Made by a program: the position numbers and the translations under genes. Under the pieces are notes generated by a model. It was not told the DNA's origin. It did not search any database and worked only from the letters and a program-made list of their open reading frames with translations. Positions 19,458 through 28,751 of a stretch of DNA of 64,000 bases are shown here, in pieces. Source of the DNA: an uncultured Ignavibacteria bacterium (GTDB lineage Bacteria > Zixibacteria > MSB-5A5 > WJJR01); NCBI GenBank assembly GCA_964440935.1, contig CAYTTY010000002.1:67514-131513 (forward strand). The letters run 5' to 3'. The stretch's first letter is position 1, and each line of letters begins with the position of its first letter.

Positions 19458-20516
19458 GTGTCTCGTACACAGTCGAATAGTACAACGGTATCACGGGCCG
19501 CCGGGCCCGTGTTTGCTATGGGAACGATCGTGTGGTTCGCCGTCATCGGCTTGATCCTGACCGGCTGCTCCGGCGGCGGATCACTGCGTACCGCGACATT
19601 CGATGCCGACACGCCCTTAACCGTCATCGACGTGATCAGTGGCGAGGCGCTGCGCGCGTCGTTCGAGGGCGAGGGCAAGCTGGGGGACGTATCCGGACCC
19701 ATTCGTCCGGTGAGCATTGCGCCGACCCGGGCCAATGGTCTGCTCATCGCCGATATGGAAACGCGCGGGGTTTTGCGTATCGACGGTACCAACACGGTCA
19801 TGGCCTCATCGGTCGGGCCATACGTGTCCCGATTCAGCACGCGCACCGCTCCACGCTTTGTGCGCACCGACCTGGCCGGTAACGTCTATGCGGTCGACGG
19901 GGTCAGTGACGAGATTTATGTCTACGACGAGGACCTGGTTGCGGTCACCAACTTCAGCCCCCCATACCGTGCCTTGGGATTGCCGCAGGGTCAGTTGGCC
20001 GGATTGGCATTTGGTGGTTACGGCGACATGTATGTCGCCGACCGCCTGAACTCCCGCATTTATCGTTTCGATGCCAGTGGCGTCCACATCGGTAATTTCG
20101 GCAGCGAAGAGGCCCCCTGGGCACGCCTGAATCGTCCGGCGGGAATCGCCTGTGACGATTACGACGGCAGCGTCTACGTCTGTGATCTTGGTGAGCGACG
20201 TGTTGTCGTATACGACGACAGCGGTGCGCTACTGAGAACATTCGGGCAAGCCGATTTGCGTGAACCGGTCGCTGTTGCCATCGACCGCAATGGTCACGTC
20301 TTCGTAGCTGATTACTCACAGCGGGCGATTCTCGTCTATTCGCGTCAAGGGGCGTATCTCGGCCTCATCGACGGGCCGCGTTTGGGTTTCAGTGACTTCG
20401 GCAGTCCCACGGATGTGGCGATTCGCCACGGCATTCTGCACATCGCCGATCTTGACAGTCAGCGGATCATCAAAGTGCGTTACGCGCGTCGCGCCGAGGA
20501 GTCCGACGCCGAGTAG
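19458..20516 (+). CDS. NHL-repeat beta-propeller lipoprotein
   Basis: GTG start and a lipobox, LILTGC. Four or more NHL-like repeats are present (YVADRLNSRIYRFDASG, VYVCDLGERRVVVYDDSG, VFVADYSQRAILVYSRQG, HIADLDSQRIIKV). Confidence 0.7.
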   Translation: MSRTQSNSTTVSRAAGPVFAMGTIVWFAVIGLILTGCSGGGSLRTATFDADTPLTVIDVISGEALRASFEGEGKLGDVSGPIRPVSIAPTRANGLLIADMETRGVLRIDGTNTVMASSVGPYVSRFSTRTAPRFVRTDLAGNVYAVDGVSDEIYVYDEDLVAVTNFSPPYRALGLPQGQLAGLAFGGYGDMYVADRLNSRIYRFDASGVHIGNFGSEEAPWARLNRPAGIACDDYDGSVYVCDLGERRVVVYDDSGALLRTFGQADLREPVAVAIDRNGHVFVADYSQRAILVYSRQGAYLGLIDGPRLGFSDFGSPTDVAIRHGILHIADLDSQRIIKVRYARRAEESDAE

Positions 20517-20520
20517 AATC

Positions 20521-23500
20521 ATGAACCCAGCACGACCAGGGAACGGTCAATCGTGGTCCGGGTTGAACGGAGCGCTCAACCGGATGTCCATCGTCATGCT
20601 GGGTATCATCTTATCCATAGCAGCGTTCTCGCAACCCGCAGGTGCAGACTCACACCAGCAGCTTTTGAAATCGAGACCTCTCGGTCCCGTCGTCGGCGAC
20701 AGCACGATTATCGTGGGGAACGGAACGGCCGGCCCGTTCTGGGTGTCCGGCTATTTCATTGTCTCGGGCAGTGAATCGATTCTAAATAGCAGTGGCAACC
20801 CGATTGATTCAGCACAGTACACACTTGATATCGATCACGGTTACCTGACGCTGCGTGATTCACTCGCGTCCGGAGATACCGTCACCGTTCGATTTCAGCG
20901 ACTCGCATTCGCACTGGCGACCGAGTGGCACGCGACGGATAATACGTCATCGCCAAACACGAATACCGCGACTCCTCTTGTACAGAACGTCGCTGCCTTG
21001 GACGATCCGATTACGCCGCTCGCATCTGCACCCTCACGAACACGAACCGTTGGCGAAAGCGGCCAATCACTCGAGTGGCAGGGATTTAAGTCATTTTCGG
21101 TCACCACGTCATCGAATCGCGGTAGCGATTGGTCGCAGGGATTGGAACTGTCGTTGGAGGGCGAGATTGCTGACGGAGTCCGTGTACGCGGCGCCATTTC
21201 CGACCGTTTTGCCAATTCGCTCTCCAATCGCTCACGCGGCCCGGTCACGCGCGTCGGCGATCTGGACCGGATGTTTCTCGAAGCGCAATCACAGCGGTTT
21301 TACGGACGGTTCGGGCAGGTCTCTTTGCCGAATCTGACAACGCAACAGCCGCAGCGCCAGGCCGCTGGTGCCCGTTTCACCTGGACCGGCGATGCACATG
21401 CCGTCGATGGATACGTTGGCCGTGCCACCGGAACGCCGGTACGGCACCGCCTCGCGACGCAGCCGCAGATCGCAGGGCCCTACAAATTGTCGGCTAATGG
21501 TGTATACGGCGATGTGCTGCCGGCCTCGGTGAGGGTGACGAAAGATGGGGCGCGATTGAGAGAGGGAACAGAGGCCGACTACACATTCGATATCGCCACC
21601 GGTTCGATTACCTTCGCAGCCGATGCCGTACCCGATGCCGGCAGCATAGTGATTGTCGAATATGAACGCGCGCTCGACGCGTACCGTCGCACGTTGGCAG
21701 GAGCGTTGTGGACGACGGGGCAATCCGATTCGCGATTCCAAAACAACGTAACCGCCAAGTGGGAGGCCGACGATCCCGGCCAGCCGCTGTTTGGTGAGTT
21801 GTCGGACGAGCAACGATCCGTGTTGTCGCAATCGGCCGATGGCGCGGTCGCCGTACCGGCGTACGAGTATCACGGGAACAACGACGGTGACTATGATCTC
21901 AGTCTCGTGGAAAACGAAGACACTGTCTTCACGTACGTCGGACCCGGCAACGGCGATTGGCGCGTGAGTTTTGAATATGTTGGTGCGGGAGAGGGACGGT
22001 ACCGTCACCTTGCCGAAGATGCCTTCGAGTATGTCGGTCAGGGGGAAGGATCGTACGAAGCGGTCACGACGCTCGGTGCACCGCGTGCGTTCATGACCGT
22101 GTCGGAATCGATTCGCCTGTCCGAGACGGCACTGGGATCATTCGACGCGCAATGGCATGGATTCATCGATGACCCCAATCGATTCGCTGGGGACAACACG
22201 CAGGTCAAATCAAATCATCATCTGGGATGGTCAGCCGGTGGCACCCCTGCGAACACCAATTCCGCTCGTCTCCGTCTGGACTGGTGGCGTCATGACGCGA
22301 TCAGCGAGCGCACACGAGCGGTCGATGACTTCGGTCGTTTCAGTAACGCATGGCAGTTGCGTGAATCGCTCTTCGACGAGTCACGTAGCGAATACCAACT
22401 GACGGCAGCGTCATCTTCAGATCGTACGCTGCACGCAACGGTGACGTCGGGATTGATGACATCTCCGTCCATCGATGCGGCGCGGTGGTCTGTAACCACA
22501 ACGGCCCAACCAACAGACCATCTGACAACAAAAGCCAATTGGACGCAGCGCCTCGGCCGATTGATCGACGAACCCACCGGTGAGCACGATGCATGGCGCG
22601 AACTGTCCACGTCCGTTCACTACGTACAGGGCCCATGGACACTGAACACACAATGGAGCCAACGCGACCTGACGAATGAACAACATACGTTCACGAGCGG
22701 TCCTCTGTACGTCAGCAATAAGACCATTGGGCTGGGCTATACCGGGGCGATGTTGGAATATCAATGGATCGATTCTTACGATTCATTGGCGTCCCGGCAT
22801 CGTACGCGCGAATTGTCGTTCACGACGACACTCGATGTTGCGCCATCGCTTGATGGTCAAGTGCTCGTCGCACGCGGTGAGCAGTCATTCGCATCGAGTG
22901 AGTTCACGCCCTACTACCGCGGGCGGCTCGACGGTGACTGGCGCCCGCATGCCGATGCGGCGATTAATGCCCAGATGGATCTCGCCTACACCCGTTCCGG
23001 ACTGGAGCAGGAGGTCTACCTGCCGACACGTCCAGGGCAGGGGCAGTATCGTTTGGAGCGCGGTGAGTATGTCCCCGATGCGCATGGCGATTACCGTCGC
23101 GTGGTGTCGCGTAGCGACCAGGCCGGACCGGCGAGTTACGGAGGACGGCAGACGATCTTTGGGCATTGGCGTCCTACCGTTGCCGGCTGGCGCTGGGGGC
23201 TCGAGCTGCGTCGCGACCGGCTGGCGCGTCACGATCCCAATCAGTTCGCCCCTCTCACCTGGCTGGCGCCATGGACACGCTACACGTGGAATCCCGCGGC
23301 CGGCGCACGCGCCGAACGGCATGACTTCCATCGACTGATCGCGCGCCCGAACAGGCAGACCGAATTATCTGTCGACTGGACATCGGACCGGACGGTTTTT
23401 GGTTTCGACCGGGTGCACAACAATCGTGACCGCATAGGTTCCACGATTCGTCATGACATTTCCAATCACCTGTACCTCGAAGCCGGGGGAGACTTGGAGA

Positions 23501-23931
23501 TGCGTGAACGGTCCGGAGGAATCGGATCGGCTGTCGCTGCCGAGGCCGCGACGATACGCTTGACCGTCGGCGGAACGCCACGGAAGATGATGACGTGGTC
23601 ACTCCAAGGCCGCCGTCGCACTGACGATGACCATGTATCGCATGTGAATGTTCGATTGTTGGGCTTACGGCCGCGGGCGCAAGCGGGATTTGGTGCACTC
23701 ACAGTTTTGGTTGAATCTGATCTGACCTGGGTTCAACCGCAGGAGGGGATTGGTTCGTTTTCAGCATTGCTGGCCGAAGGCCGGCCCGAGGGATTCTCCA
23801 CCGTCGAATTCTGTGAACTGCGCTGGCAACTTCCCGGCAAAATCACATTGAAATCGCGATTCCACGCCGACATCCGCGAAGTCGACAATGACCGCTGGCG
23901 CTGGGATGTCCAAACAGTAGCCCGATTCTGA
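20521..23931 (+). CDS. Large (~1136 aa) secreted protein, probable outer-membrane beta-barrel, unknown function
   Basis: Start chosen at the ATG 5 bp after the NHL gene stop; the ORF track begins at 20392 inside the upstream gene. Signal peptide MSIVMLGIILSIAAFSQPAGA. The C-terminal half is rich in alternating aromatic/charged segments and ends WRWDVQTVARF (beta-signal-like C-terminal Phe). No family was recognised by eye. Confidence 0.45.
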   Translation: MNPARPGNGQSWSGLNGALNRMSIVMLGIILSIAAFSQPAGADSHQQLLKSRPLGPVVGDSTIIVGNGTAGPFWVSGYFIVSGSESILNSSGNPIDSAQYTLDIDHGYLTLRDSLASGDTVTVRFQRLAFALATEWHATDNTSSPNTNTATPLVQNVAALDDPITPLASAPSRTRTVGESGQSLEWQGFKSFSVTTSSNRGSDWSQGLELSLEGEIADGVRVRGAISDRFANSLSNRSRGPVTRVGDLDRMFLEAQSQRFYGRFGQVSLPNLTTQQPQRQAAGARFTWTGDAHAVDGYVGRATGTPVRHRLATQPQIAGPYKLSANGVYGDVLPASVRVTKDGARLREGTEADYTFDIATGSITFAADAVPDAGSIVIVEYERALDAYRRTLAGALWTTGQSDSRFQNNVTAKWEADDPGQPLFGELSDEQRSVLSQSADGAVAVPAYEYHGNNDGDYDLSLVENEDTVFTYVGPGNGDWRVSFEYVGAGEGRYRHLAEDAFEYVGQGEGSYEAVTTLGAPRAFMTVSESIRLSETALGSFDAQWHGFIDDPNRFAGDNTQVKSNHHLGWSAGGTPANTNSARLRLDWWRHDAISERTRAVDDFGRFSNAWQLRESLFDESRSEYQLTAASSSDRTLHATVTSGLMTSPSIDAARWSVTTTAQPTDHLTTKANWTQRLGRLIDEPTGEHDAWRELSTSVHYVQGPWTLNTQWSQRDLTNEQHTFTSGPLYVSNKTIGLGYTGAMLEYQWIDSYDSLASRHRTRELSFTTTLDVAPSLDGQVLVARGEQSFASSEFTPYYRGRLDGDWRPHADAAINAQMDLAYTRSGLEQEVYLPTRPGQGQYRLERGEYVPDAHGDYRRVVSRSDQAGPASYGGRQTIFGHWRPTVAGWRWGLELRRDRLARHDPNQFAPLTWLAPWTRYTWNPAAGARAERHDFHRLIARPNRQTELSVDWTSDRTVFGFDRVHNNRDRIGSTIRHDISNHLYLEAGGDLEMRERSGGIGSAVAAEAATIRLTVGGTPRKMMTWSLQGRRRTDDDHVSHVNVRLLGLRPRAQAGFGALTVLVESDLTWVQPQEGIGSFSALLAEGRPEGFSTVEFCELRWQLPGKITLKSRFHADIREVDNDRWRWDVQTVARF

Positions 23932-23934
23932 TAT

Positions 23935-25476
23935 ATGCCCACGTCGTCTACCATATCCACCAAGTCTACCCAGCGCCGCGCCAAGGCTGCGGGCAGTGCT
24001 TTATCGATGTGGATTGTCTTTCTCGTGGCCGCCGTGGCTTCTGCCCAGACACCACAACAACTCGACTTCGGCTCAATTGAAATCAACTACAGGCAATCGC
24101 CAGCATCCGATCTGGCTACGGAGATCGAATCGGCTGTGCAGCGTCTGTTTTCCGGCCCGGCAACTGAGCAGGTCACAAAGAGTGGACTGAGATCGTTGGT
24201 CCATCTCCTGGAATCACAAGGCTATCGGCGCGCCAGTCTGACCCCGACGGCCTTTGCCGTTGCCGACGGCCAACTGGCATTCACCTTGACTGTCCAGCCC
24301 GGACCACGCAGCATTGTCCGAGTGATTTCGTTCACCGGCTTGGCGAACACCGATACATCCTGGCTCCACAACGTCACTGCGATGCCGACCGATATACCGT
24401 TAACTGCGCAGTGGCGTGATGATGCTTTAGATCGTATTAACCGTATCTCACATTTGCGCTGTACCAACGATCCTTCGATCGAATCGATTTCCACTGATCC
24501 CGCACTGGCGGTTGAGCACGTCCGCGTGGTATTCGCTGTAACCGAAGATGCACCTTCGCGTTTCGACGGTCTCATTGCGGCCAACAGCCAGGGCGAACAG
24601 ACCGCATTGACCGGGCGCGCATCACTCGAATTCGGCGGGTTGTTTGGACGCGACCGAACCGTAGCTGTGCACTTCGATCGTCCGCGCCCCGAGTGGCGCA
24701 CATTCAACAATCGGTATCGGGATAACGGTGCGCTGCATGCACCATTAAGTTGGTTGGTCGAACTCGATGAACTGACGCGTCATCACCGCCGCCAGTCGAT
24801 ACGCGCCAAGGCGGACTATTTGCTGCCGGGAGCTCGGACCTGGAGTGTCGGTGTCGGTGGACTGTGGCGGCGTGTTACACCCAACGGTTCCGCAGTTGTT
24901 CCTGCACGTATTTCCGAAGCGTCGGTTTCGGTTGAACGACTGGCCCCTATACGGGACAGCGAGAGAACGGTTGGTTTGGCACTTTCGGTGGACGCCGCCT
25001 ACTCCCACCGCCGCATTCTCGGCAGTGGCGATCAGAACCAGGCACACAGCCGTTTACGTCTAACGCAGACAGCCGATGCGCGCATTCGCCTAACACGGGC
25101 GTGGCGTGTAACAATCGCGTCCGCGGGATATTGGTGGCCAATCGGTGATGATGTACTCGGTCCGGGGGATGAATGGTATCTGGGCGGCGCCGACCGCCTG
25201 CGTGGATACGAACAACAGTGGTTCGCGGCGAACAGTGGGTTGTGGGGTGCTGTCGAACTCGAACGTGGCTTAGGTCCTCTCATGCGGCTCTCCGCGTTCG
25301 TCGAAGCGGCCACGCTCGAACCGACCTCGGAGACAGTATCCGAAACGCCCTACAGCTACGGTTGGGCCATCACGCTGCATTCGCTGCAACGGGTTGGACG
25401 CCTCGAATTCGCGTGGGGGAGAGACACATCGTTACGCGACGGCATCATTCGTTTACGCATAACCCAATCCTGGTGA
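23935..25476 (+). CDS. Omp85 superfamily outer-membrane protein (BamA/TamA/TpsB-like, short form)
   Basis: 513 aa. The N-terminus is signal-like (alternative start at MWIVFLVAAVASAQ, 24007). A POTRA-like region is followed by the conserved barrel lid-loop motif YLGGADRLRGYE (the (V/L)RG(Y/F) motif of Omp85 loop 6) and a C-terminal beta segment. Confidence 0.6.
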   Translation: MPTSSTISTKSTQRRAKAAGSALSMWIVFLVAAVASAQTPQQLDFGSIEINYRQSPASDLATEIESAVQRLFSGPATEQVTKSGLRSLVHLLESQGYRRASLTPTAFAVADGQLAFTLTVQPGPRSIVRVISFTGLANTDTSWLHNVTAMPTDIPLTAQWRDDALDRINRISHLRCTNDPSIESISTDPALAVEHVRVVFAVTEDAPSRFDGLIAANSQGEQTALTGRASLEFGGLFGRDRTVAVHFDRPRPEWRTFNNRYRDNGALHAPLSWLVELDELTRHHRRQSIRAKADYLLPGARTWSVGVGGLWRRVTPNGSAVVPARISEASVSVERLAPIRDSERTVGLALSVDAAYSHRRILGSGDQNQAHSRLRLTQTADARIRLTRAWRVTIASAGYWWPIGDDVLGPGDEWYLGGADRLRGYEQQWFAANSGLWGAVELERGLGPLMRLSAFVEAATLEPTSETVSETPYSYGWAITLHSLQRVGRLEFAWGRDTSLRDGIIRLRITQSW

Positions 25477-25526
25477 CCTGGTTGATAATTTCTGGCATAA
25501 CGTGCGCAGCCATCGGTAATTAGGGG

Positions 25527-26414
25527 ATGGCCGATGCATCCAACAATCCGGTAACGGAGAATCGCTTTAGCGCCTGGTGGCGTCTCATTCGCGGTGGGAA
25601 TGTGCTGCTCTCCGGCGGTGCTGCGGTGGTGGGTGTCTATCTTTCGCGCGGGGTCCTCGATCTGACCGGTCTCGCTCTCATCCCGCTGGCCCCAATCTTC
25701 ATCACGGCTGCCGGGAATGTCCAAAATGACCTGATCGATCGCATTATCGACAGCCTCAATCATCCATACCGCCCGTTGGTCTCCGGTGCCATCTCGTTGC
25801 CGACCGCCCGCGTGTTCATGAACATCGGGTATGTGATGGGATTGCTGACCGCCGCCGCCGTATCGGCGCTGGCTTTGACCATCGCCGGGCTTGTCGTGCT
25901 CGGTCTCACACTCTATAATTTCCGTCTGTCACGCCGCCCCCTCATAGGGAATCTGACCGTGGCGGTCCTTGGAGCGCTGCCCATCCTGTACGGCGGGGTC
26001 AGTATCCACGGCGTGACGACCGATGATTGGGTGCTGGCGGCGAGTGTTGCACTGGTCGCGTTCTGGCTGCATTTAGCGCGTGAGTTACTCAAGGATGCAA
26101 CCGACACCGAAGGAGATCAGAGAGCCGGGCGCATTACACTGCCGCTGGTGTTTAGCGTGTCCATGGTCATCCGTGTCGGGGCCTTTGTGATGCTGATAGC
26201 GGCTGGCTTTGCCCTGCTACCGTGGTACACCGGTGACCTCGGGGTGATCTATCTGTTCGGCGTTGGCATTACGGTCATCCCCTCGCTCCTGCTCGGCGCG
26301 GCGCAGTGCTTCGGCCGGCCCGTTATTCCCGTGGCCAGCCTGTGGGCCTCCTGGTTGAAGATCGTCATGGTCGCCGGCCTCATTTGGGCGGTGCTTGGGG
26401 TCTGGACCGCCTGA
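25527..26414 (+). CDS. UbiA-family prenyltransferase
   Basis: 295 aa with about 8 TM helices. Motif I is NVQNDLIDRIIDSLNHPYRPL (NxxxDxxxD) and motif II is LLKDATDTEGDQRAG (DxxxD). Confidence 0.75.
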   Translation: MADASNNPVTENRFSAWWRLIRGGNVLLSGGAAVVGVYLSRGVLDLTGLALIPLAPIFITAAGNVQNDLIDRIIDSLNHPYRPLVSGAISLPTARVFMNIGYVMGLLTAAAVSALALTIAGLVVLGLTLYNFRLSRRPLIGNLTVAVLGALPILYGGVSIHGVTTDDWVLAASVALVAFWLHLARELLKDATDTEGDQRAGRITLPLVFSVSMVIRVGAFVMLIAAGFALLPWYTGDLGVIYLFGVGITVIPSLLLGAAQCFGRPVIPVASLWASWLKIVMVAGLIWAVLGVWTA

Positions 26415-26471
26415 TAGACCGTGCATTCCTCCCTTTCGAGCTCGCCGTTCGGTGTGTTTATTGGACAGGCT

Positions 26472-27338
26472 ATGTCAAGTTGGTTCCCAGCAAAGACAAC
26501 ACTCGGTATGGGCGTGCTGGCAGTCGCATGGCTGACCGTTCCGTCGTTGGCTATCACCGTAACCGGGTCGATCGACCAACCGTCGCTCGAAGTGGGCGAT
26601 ACGCTCACGGTACACGTTGTCGGAAAGCGAGTTACAGGGGAGACCGATTTCCTCGGCGCCGCGGTCGACGTTCCCGGAGACTGGCGTCGGGGTGGACAGA
26701 GCGTCATCTCGCCACGTACAACCGCCGACACAACGGTCAAACAGTGGCGATTTCAGTTCGTCCCCGCCACTTCCGGATCCAGCCACGTCATCCCAATCGT
26801 GATCGTGGGTACCGAGATTTCGCTTGATGCCGAGGTGGATTCGATCCGCGGACGACCGATTCTTGTCGCCGTGAAACCGGCCAGTGTACCTCCGATCTGG
26901 CCATGGTTTTTGGCCGGTGCCGTAGTCATTGTGGCAACACTCGCTTTTGTTGTCCGTATCCTACGGCGACGCCGAGAGGCCACGTATGAGCGTTCCGAAG
27001 ACCCGCCATTGGTCGAAGCATTGAAGATGCTTGAGGCGATCCGGGCGAACCGTCGCGAGGACCGTGGACGGCAGTATCTGGTCGACGTGGAGCGAGTCAT
27101 CCACGGGTATGTCAGCCGCCGTCTGGGGATCCGTCTCACGGGCATGACCGCCACCGAAATCGGCATGGCGGTCGCGCCACACTGTACGGATAATGAAGCC
27201 GTCGACGCCTTAACGGCCCTTCTCAAACGATGCGGGGAAACCAAATTCGGCGGGGCGCACATCAGTTATGACACCTTAGCCGGAATCGAAGGCCAGGCGC
27301 GATCGGTTCTGGAACGGCTCGATGCTAATTGGGTATGA
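26472..27338 (+). CDS. DUF4381-like single-pass membrane protein (Bat-operon accessory, paralog 1)
   Basis: Signal peptide MSSWFPAKTTLGMGVLAVAWLTVPSLA and a beta-rich ectodomain. The TM helix PIWPWFLAGAVVIVATLAFVV is followed by RILRRRRE and a cytoplasmic tail similar to the protein at 30273. Confidence 0.45.
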   Translation: MSSWFPAKTTLGMGVLAVAWLTVPSLAITVTGSIDQPSLEVGDTLTVHVVGKRVTGETDFLGAAVDVPGDWRRGGQSVISPRTTADTTVKQWRFQFVPATSGSSHVIPIVIVGTEISLDAEVDSIRGRPILVAVKPASVPPIWPWFLAGAVVIVATLAFVVRILRRRREATYERSEDPPLVEALKMLEAIRANRREDRGRQYLVDVERVIHGYVSRRLGIRLTGMTATEIGMAVAPHCTDNEAVDALTALLKRCGETKFGGAHISYDTLAGIEGQARSVLERLDANWV

Positions 27339-27439
27339 ATCACCTTGACCTGTTGTTTGGCGGCCGCAGCGCAGTGCATCGCGGTGGCTGCTTGTCAGTG
27401 CCATAGACGGTTTCATTCACACATAGGAGAACCTCCTTG

Positions 27440-28426
27440 ATGCATCCTGAAATCGAAGCGGTTCAGCAGCGAATCGAAGAGAAGAGCAGTTTCTGCCGCA
27501 GCCTGACGGAATGCATCGGCCAGGTCATTGTCGGGCAGATGCACCTCGTCGAACGGCTGCTGATCGGGTTACTGGCCGATGGGCACATTCTGCTTGAAGG
27601 CGTTCCCGGGTTGGCCAAAACACTCTCGGTAAAGACACTCGCACAGGCGATCCGCGCCGATTTTCACCGGTTGCAGTTTACTCCCGATCTGCTGCCGGCC
27701 GATCTGATCGGGACGATGGTGTACAATCCGCAGAACGGTGAGTTTTCACCGAAGAAGGGTCCGATCTTCGCCAATATCATTCTGGCCGACGAAATCAACC
27801 GCGCTCCGGCGAAGGTGCAGAGTGCATTGCTCGAAGCGATGCAGGAACGCCAGGTGACAATCAGCGAATCGACCTACATGCTGCCGTCGCCGTTTCTGGT
27901 GCTCGCCACGCAGAACCCGATCGAACAGGAAGGCACCTACCCGCTCCCCGAGGCACAGGTCGACCGTTTCATGCTCAAGGTGATTGTCGATTACCCGGAG
28001 AAAACCGAAGAGCGTCTGATCATGGATCGCATGACCGCACCGCAGGACATCAAAGTGACGCCGGTCATCTCGCCGGAGGATATCCTCGATGCGCGGAAGG
28101 TCGTCCGCGAGATTTACATTGATGACAAAGTCAAAGATTATATCATCGACATCGTTCACGCGTCTCGTCGCCCCGATGCCTATGGTCTCGACATTAGTGA
28201 CTTGATCGCCTACGGCGCCTCACCGCGCGCGTCGATCTATCTCAATCTGGCTGCCCGGGCCCACGCCTTCATTCAGGGCCGCGCCTTCGTGACACCCGAA
28301 GACATCAAGGAAATCGGCCCCGACGTGCTCCGACATCGCGTGATTGTAACCTACGAAGCCGAAGCCGAGCAGATATCCTCAGAGAACGTGGTGCAACGCA
28401 TCTTCGATCATGTAGAAGTCCCGTAA
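27440..28426 (+). CDS. MoxR-family AAA+ ATPase
   Basis: Walker A is GVPGLAKT, and [28 protein letters not shown] is the MoxR signature region. The AGGAGA SD lies about 10 nt upstream. Confidence 0.9.
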   Translation: [328 protein letters not shown]

Positions 28427-28490
28427 AACGGAGTGGGGATCAGGAGAGCAGGTGAGTAGGTGAGTTGGTGAGCACAACGCTCAAACATTG

Positions 28491-28751
28491 TTATTCCCGC
28501 GAAAGCGGGAGTCCATTTTGCCTTCCGGGAACAGTGAGTGACTATAGTGGTGGTCATAAATCTTTTCCGTTTGGATCAGGGTGCCACGGGTCTTCAGGCC
28601 CGTGCGTCCGCATCTGGACAACCCCCCGTCCACGGCCCTCAAGGCCCGGGGCACCCAAGTGTCATCACGAAACACGCGGTGACTCGCTTCTCCACAATCG
28701 GAAATTTATTGTGACTATCACTCTAAAATGGATTCCCGCTTTCGCGGGAAT
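28491..28751. mobile_element. MITE-like element (repeat family copy B) with 27-bp terminal inverted repeats
   Basis: The left terminus is ttattcccgcgaaagcgggagtccatttt (28491-28519). The right terminus is aaaatggattcccgctttcgcgggaat (28725-28751), whose reverse complement matches the left at 26 of 27 positions. Each TIR contains the mini-hairpin tcccgc-GAAA-gcggga. The interior carries family modules (ccgtttggatcagggtgccacggg; caggcccgtgcgtccgcatctggacaaccccccgtccacggccctcaaggcccgg). Confidence 0.55.
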
